Below, piece by piece: positions 58,962 to 64,000 of a stretch of 64,000 bases of DNA. The number at the start of each line of letters is the position of its first letter. The first letter of the stretch is position 1. The translations under genes and the position numbers were made by a program. Under the pieces are notes generated by a model, which saw only the letters and a list, made by a program, of their open reading frames with translations, did not search any database and was not told where the DNA came from. The DNA is from a bacterium (lineage in GTDB: Bacteria > RBG-13-61-14 > DATKZS01): positions 1,536,001-1,600,000 of the forward strand of contig CAXXFL010000001.1 in the NCBI GenBank assembly GCA_963674965.2, in the 5' to 3' direction.

Positions 58962-60338
58962 TCATCCAATGAGGATTTCCTCCTCCGGGTATCTGTAAGC
59001 CGCCCGCTCCAAGCGCCTCTCCATGGCGAAAATCAGGGTGATCGGGCCCAGCCGGCCCGTAAACATCATGATCGTGATAAGGACCTTTCCAGCCACGCTT
59101 AGCTGGGGCGTGACCCCGGTGCTCAGGCCCACCGTGCCAAAGGCCGAGACGGCCTCGAAAAGAAGCTCGATAAACATGCCTCGGCTGTCAACGTGAGAGG
59201 CCCCGCCCAGCTCGGTCATGAGCAGCACCATGGTCATAAAGCCGATGATGGTCCCGGAAATAATCAGCAGGGAAAGGGCCTGCTCGAGGTTGGCGCGGGT
59301 GATCGAACGGCCGAAAAGACCCGGCGCCTTCATGCCCCGAAGCCTCGAGATAATGACGACCAGGATCACTCCCACCGTGGTGACCTTCACCCCACCGGCC
59401 ATCGAGCCCGGAGCGCCACCTATATACATAAGGACGATGATAAGGAATAGACTCGAGTTGGCAAGATGTTGCACGTCTAAAGTATTGAAGCCCGCCGTGC
59501 GGGTGGTAACGCTCTGGAAAAGAGACCTCATCAGGGCTTGGCCAAAGGAAAGGCCCGCAAGGTTGTGGTTCCTCTCGATGCCGTAAAAAACCATGGTCCC
59601 GCCCACGATCAGTATGACCGTCATCATAAGCACGATCCGGGCGTGAAAGCTTATGCGATTGCCGTAATGGCTCTTTCTGGCGATGAGCCCGTACCAGACG
59701 TCGGCCATGAGAAAAAAACCGATCCCACCGAACACGATCAACATAATGAGGGCAAAATTTATCACCGGGCTTCCCGCGTAGCGTACTAGACTGTCGGGGA
59801 AGAGGGAGAAGCCCGCGTTGCAGAAAGCCGAAACAGAGTGAAAGACGGACAGCCAAAGGGCCCGGCCGAAGGAATATTCTCCTATCCATTGCGTGAAGAG
59901 GATGACGGCCCCGGCCGTCTCGAAGGCAAAGGTCACGCCCACGGCCATGCCCAAAAGCTTGGCCAGGCTGAAACTGCGAAACTCGAGGAACTGGCCGCTC
60001 ACGGAGTCGCGCAGGGTGAAGGAGGTCCGGCGTCCGAGTATGACCAGGATAAAGGTCGAGAGCATCATGATGCCGAAGCCGCCGATCTGGATCATGGTAA
60101 GGATAACGGCCTGGCCGAAGCCCGTGAACTTGCCGCCCGTGTCCGCCACGGTCAAACCCGTGACGCAAGTGGCGGAAGTGGCGGTAAAAATCGCGTCCAC
60201 AAACCCAAGGGACTCGCCCTTAGTCGAAATGGGAAGCATCAGCAAAAGAGCGCCGATAAAAATGATGGCGGCGAAACCAAAAACCGCGAACTGGGCCGCG
60301 TTCATTCGTCCGGCTATTTTATTAATCCAGGAATTCAT
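58962..60338 (-). CDS. TrkH/KtrB-family K+ uptake membrane subunit
   Basis: TSATCVTGL, SAFCNAGF, TRTAGF and SAFGTVGLS pore loops; start at MNSW inferred. Confidence 0.93.
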   Translation of the reverse strand: MNSWINKIAGRMNAAQFAVFGFAAIIFIGALLLMLPISTKGESLGFVDAIFTATSATCVTGLTVADTGGKFTGFGQAVILTMIQIGGFGIMMLSTFILVILGRRTSFTLRDSVSGQFLEFRSFSLAKLLGMAVGVTFAFETAGAVILFTQWIGEYSFGRALWLSVFHSVSAFCNAGFSLFPDSLVRYAGSPVINFALIMLIVFGGIGFFLMADVWYGLIARKSHYGNRISFHARIVLMMTVILIVGGTMVFYGIERNHNLAGLSFGQALMRSLFQSVTTRTAGFNTLDVQHLANSSLFLIIVLMYIGGAPGSMAGGVKVTTVGVILVVIISRLRGMKAPGLFGRSITRANLEQALSLLIISGTIIGFMTMVLLMTELGGASHVDSRGMFIELLFEAVSAFGTVGLSTGVTPQLSVAGKVLITIMMFTGRLGPITLIFAMERRLERAAYRYPEEEILIG

Positions 60339-60670
60339 GAACGAAAACCTTTGTAAATTAAAGGATTTTAAGTGCCTTCCCACCGTCGCCCGGCGGCCCT
60401 TTTGGGAAATTACATTTAAAAACCCACGCTTATAATAGCATATCCGGCGGTCGCGGGCGGCTCGAGCTTGCTGACAAGCGCCCTCCATTGTAAGCGCTGG
60501 CGTTATTATCCACCCCCCGATTAATAAGTCAAATATCAAGATACATTTGTAAAAGTCCCGATTTGCATGAGGTCCCATGCGAAAGGGAGAAGACGACCCG
60601 TCGGCGAGGTCACGGAAAGCCGGGTTGAACGGCAGCTCTCGGCCTTATACAATATGCTCGTCAATTACCC

Positions 60671-61828
60671 ATGAATGAAATCTCCATCAGGCAAAGATCG
60701 AAAATCACCCTGATCCATACGGCCGACGCGCATCTGGGAAGGGCCTTCCACGACCTAGGTCCCACTGGACGTCATTTACGCCGGGCCGTTGAAAAGGCTT
60801 TCGCCCGCGTGGTGGACGCGGCCCTCTCGAGAAAGGCCGACCTTTTCCTGGTGGCGGGTGACCTGTTCGACTCGGCCAGGCCGCCCCGCGCCTCTTTAGC
60901 GCTTGTGGATTCCTGCCTGACCCGCCTGGCCAAGGCCGGGGTAAGGACAATAATTATTCCGGGCACTCACGACCCTTCGGGGTCGTCTCCCTTTTCCTCG
61001 CCGACGTTCTCCTCGCGGGGCGGGAGGGTGTTCGTGCTGACGCCTCGAAATCCGGCCGTATATATAGAGGAACTGGCCCTGGCCGCCGCGGCCTGGATGC
61101 CGGGGGCCGGCGGTAAGGACGCCTGGATCGGGCCTCCCACCGGCTGGGACCGGGACGCTCGTTTTCGCGTCGGCCTGGCCCACGGCAGCAACGTGGACTG
61201 GATCGAGGGCGGAGAGCCGGAGGACCTCCTGCCGGCCGAGTTGCTAAAAGGCGCGGGCCTGGATTACCTGGCCCTGGGTCATCACCACGGAGCGGGGCCG
61301 ATCGAGGGATCGGACGGCGCGGCCTGGTACTCGGGCTCGCCCGAGATACTGGCGTCCGACCAGACGGGCGCGGGCCACGCGCTTTTCGTCACCCTCGAGG
61401 CTACGGGGACCGGCGTGGAAAGGACGGTCGAGAAGATCGAGGTGGGGCGACTTTCAACTCGAAAGATTGAGGTGGATATTTCCGCGGCCTCGGACCAAAA
61501 CCTCGAGGCCGAGATAGCGGCCCTGGCCCATGAGGACCTCTACCTTGACGTAGTGCTAAGAGGAATCCTGCCCGCTGACGCCGATCCGGCCGACGTGAGA
61601 GGCGTCATGGAAAGGAGGGCTCAAGACTTCTTCCGCCTCCGAATTCTGGATAAGCTGGAAAGGACGCCCGCCGCGGCCTCGGTCGAGGATTTCCCCTCCC
61701 AGTCGGTGGCCGCCGAGTTCATTAAAAGGACGCGCGAAAAGATCGAGGCCGCCGAACTCGAGGAGCGCGGAGAATGGGAAGAGGCCCTGCGGCTCGGGCT
61801 TGCCTTTTTGACGGGCGGTGAGTCTTGA
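60671..61828 (+). CDS. SbcD/Mre11-like (YhaO-type) DNA repair exonuclease
   Basis: HTADAHLG, AGDLFD, PGTHD, LAHG, ALGHHH and YSGSPE. Confidence 0.9.
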   Translation: MNEISIRQRSKITLIHTADAHLGRAFHDLGPTGRHLRRAVEKAFARVVDAALSRKADLFLVAGDLFDSARPPRASLALVDSCLTRLAKAGVRTIIIPGTHDPSGSSPFSSPTFSSRGGRVFVLTPRNPAVYIEELALAAAAWMPGAGGKDAWIGPPTGWDRDARFRVGLAHGSNVDWIEGGEPEDLLPAELLKGAGLDYLALGHHHGAGPIEGSDGAAWYSGSPEILASDQTGAGHALFVTLEATGTGVERTVEKIEVGRLSTRKIEVDISAASDQNLEAEIAALAHEDLYLDVVLRGILPADADPADVRGVMERRAQDFFRLRILDKLERTPAAASVEDFPSQSVAAEFIKRTREKIEAAELEERGEWEEALRLGLAFLTGGES

Positions 61829-63921
61829 CCGTTATCTTGAAAAAAATCGAGGTCAGGCGCTTTAAGGGTCTCGCCGAGCTGGACCTCGAGTTGGGACCGG
61901 GACTCAACGTCGCGCGCGGGCCTAACGAGTCGGGCAAGAGCACGATCATCGAGGCTATATTGGCCGCGTTTTATTCGAGCCCTACCTCGAGGTCCCAGGC
62001 CTCGATCGAGATGATCTCATGGGGGCAGGAACAAGCGCCCTTTTTAGCCCTGGACCTCGAGGTGGATGGAAAACCCGCTCGCCTGGAAAAAGACTTCTCC
62101 AAACGTGACGTGGCCATTTTTGAGGACGGCCAGACAATAAAAACGGCCAAGGCGGTAAAGGAATGGACGGCCCATAATCTCGGTCCCGCCACCAGGGAGC
62201 TTTTCGTCGCCACCGCCTGCCTCACGGAGGAAAGCTTCGCCATCCCCAGGATCACGGGCCAGGACCCGCGCGGCCGGGAGATTATGGACAGACTTCAGGC
62301 CACGCTGACGGGCGCTCCCGGCGGCAGCCCGGCCCAGGTCATAAAGCGCCTCAGGGAAAGACATCGGGCCATCGGCAAGAAGCCCGGGGTTAACGACCGG
62401 CAAGGAGGCCCTCTCACGGCGGCGAGAAACGAGATCGGGGAGGCCGATCGAAAAATCCAGGCGCTGCGCCTAAACCTCGAGGAATACGAAAAGGCTGAGG
62501 ACCGCTTGACGGGAGTGGCCGAGAGGCTTTCGGCCCTCGAGACCAGGATGGGCGACCTTGACTCGGCGCTGCAAAACCACCTGGCCTTGATCGAGTCGGA
62601 AGACAGGATCACTGAAATCAAGGCCGCTCTCGATCGGCTCCTTAAAGCCGAGGCCCTGGCCGGCGAGCTGAAGCAAATGGAGGAGGAGATGAAGGCCTTC
62701 CCCGGCTTCGACGACCTGGGACCGGCGGCAAAGAGGCTGGCTGAAATCGTAGCCCTCCTGGATGAAATGGATAAGCATATCTCGAGCCTCGAGTACGAGA
62801 AAATCCAGGCCGCTATAAAACCTCCCGCCTATAACCCGATCCTCGCCGCCGCTGCCTTGATCCTCTTGGCGTCCGGAACGGTGGCGGCGCTCTCGCTTAA
62901 GTCGGCCTGGCCGCTTCTAGCCGCGGGAGCGGCTTTGCCCCTTGCCGGGCTGGCGGCCTATTTCAAGTTTTCCTCCTCGTCGCGGGAGAGTAAAAGGCTG
63001 GCGGCCATTGCCCAGGAGATGGAAAGTCTGGTTTCCCGTCGTGATGAGATGGAGCGTGAGCAAAGGAGTATCGAGGAACGCTTTGGCAAAAGAGGCGCCA
63101 GGGAGTGCCTCGAGTCGTGGTCAACGTTCCATGAAATGAGACGCCGGATGGACTCTCTTATCGAAAGGATATCGGACCTGGCCGGCCCGGACGGGCTGAA
63201 TAAGGGGATAACCGACTTGTCCTTGGCGGTAAGGACCGAGATGGAGCGGGCCAAGTCACTCGAGCCCTACCGGGTCAAGGACCCCTCGAGGCTGGCGGCC
63301 CTCGAGCGGGAGGCCCGGGAGGCGCGGGAGGAAATCGGGCGCCTGCGTGAGGACCGGGTCCGGACCGAGGCGCGGAAAACATCCCTGGACTTCGACCCCG
63401 AGGAGTTGATCGAGCTGGAGGAGGGCAGGGCCGAGCTGTCCCGCCGCGTTGAATATTGGGAGAGGACCGAGAGGGTCCACGCCAAGGCCCTGGCCATGAT
63501 GGAGGAATCGGTCGAGGCGGTCCTGGCCAGGGCGGGCGAACTGATCGAGAAGGAGATGAATCCGCTCATGGCGGCGGTTACATCCGGACGCTACGAAAAG
63601 GTCAGGGCCGGCCATGACCTGGCCCTGTCCGTACTTGACGGGAAAAGCGGACGCTGGGTGGATGAAAGGTTCCTCAGTCTGGCCACGCGGGAGCAGCTTC
63701 ACCTGGCGGCGCGGCTGTCGCTGGTCAACCTCATCCTGGGAAAAGCGCGTCCGCCCGTGATCCTGGACGACCCCTTCGCCCATTACGACGATGAAAGGGC
63801 AAAAAAGGCGCTGGCCGTCATCAAGGAGTTCGCCAGGGGCCGGCAGGTGATACTCTTTACGCCAAGCCGCCGCCGCGAGGTCGCGGCGGACCTGGTGGCC
63901 AGGCTTGAGAGGATCGAGTAA
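61825..63921 (+). CDS. SbcC/Rad50-like (YhaN-type) coiled-coil ATPase
   Basis: Walker A GPNESGKST, coiled coils, central hydrophobic hairpin, LSLATREQL and ILDDPF. Confidence 0.88.
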   Translation: MTVILKKIEVRRFKGLAELDLELGPGLNVARGPNESGKSTIIEAILAAFYSSPTSRSQASIEMISWGQEQAPFLALDLEVDGKPARLEKDFSKRDVAIFEDGQTIKTAKAVKEWTAHNLGPATRELFVATACLTEESFAIPRITGQDPRGREIMDRLQATLTGAPGGSPAQVIKRLRERHRAIGKKPGVNDRQGGPLTAARNEIGEADRKIQALRLNLEEYEKAEDRLTGVAERLSALETRMGDLDSALQNHLALIESEDRITEIKAALDRLLKAEALAGELKQMEEEMKAFPGFDDLGPAAKRLAEIVALLDEMDKHISSLEYEKIQAAIKPPAYNPILAAAALILLASGTVAALSLKSAWPLLAAGAALPLAGLAAYFKFSSSSRESKRLAAIAQEMESLVSRRDEMEREQRSIEERFGKRGARECLESWSTFHEMRRRMDSLIERISDLAGPDGLNKGITDLSLAVRTEMERAKSLEPYRVKDPSRLAALEREAREAREEIGRLREDRVRTEARKTSLDFDPEELIELEEGRAELSRRVEYWERTERVHAKALAMMEESVEAVLARAGELIEKEMNPLMAAVTSGRYEKVRAGHDLALSVLDGKSGRWVDERFLSLATREQLHLAARLSLVNLILGKARPPVILDDPFAHYDDERAKKALAVIKEFARGRQVILFTPSRRREVAADLVARLERIE

Positions 63922-64000
63922 GGATTGCCAAAGTCCGAAGGGCCTTTGCGGATATAGGGGCGTCGCGTTTGGCTGGGCGCCCGGACTTCAGGATTCTTGT

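Noticed and set aside
60340-60670. Possible c-di-AMP or c-di-GMP riboswitch upstream of ktrB or the sbcD-like gene
   Set aside because: Only short fragments (ACGGAAAGCC...ACGGCAGC) resemble a consensus; the core stems are not evident.
63957-64000. GGGGCGTCGCG...CCCGGACTTCAGG resembling the start of tRNA-Sec
   Set aside because: The anticodon arm does not close (no AATCC after CTTCA), the D-arm is unconvincing and the window ends here.

Overview
A 64 kb, GC-rich chromosomal window from an anaerobic bacterium, most likely Deltaproteobacteria-like (inferred from Hmc-type redox genes, a DUF4388 protein, the phoH-HD-ybeY-lnt operon and a myxobacterial-style Hsp70/J-TPR pair). It is mostly housekeeping and metabolic genes (thyX, purM, pyrF, queE, pgsA, lnt, ybeY, phoH, rplM, rpsI, Ktr/Trk, SbcCD-like, ycjXF). 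Accessory content includes three GT-C-type membrane glycosyltransferases, an intact IS with a 6-bp target duplication, an IS200-like TnpA surrounded by composite REP-like repeats, a REP-containing MITE and a MazF remnant. I found no CRISPR array, rRNA or convincing tRNA. The most intriguing signal is a ~200-nt multi-branched RNA structure (32610-32811, minus strand) that I do not recognise. It has a potential kissing-loop contact and mutually exclusive terminator/antiterminator folds, and lies in the leader of an orphan double-cubane-cluster reductase gene. Also notable are a three-gene Hmc-like complex whose hexaheme cytochrome seems to derive from an NrfD fusion with the NrfD core deleted, a tandem pair of paralogous exported proteins of unknown family, and apparent over-representation of CTCGAG. 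All calls are from reading the sequence; no searches or folding programs were run.
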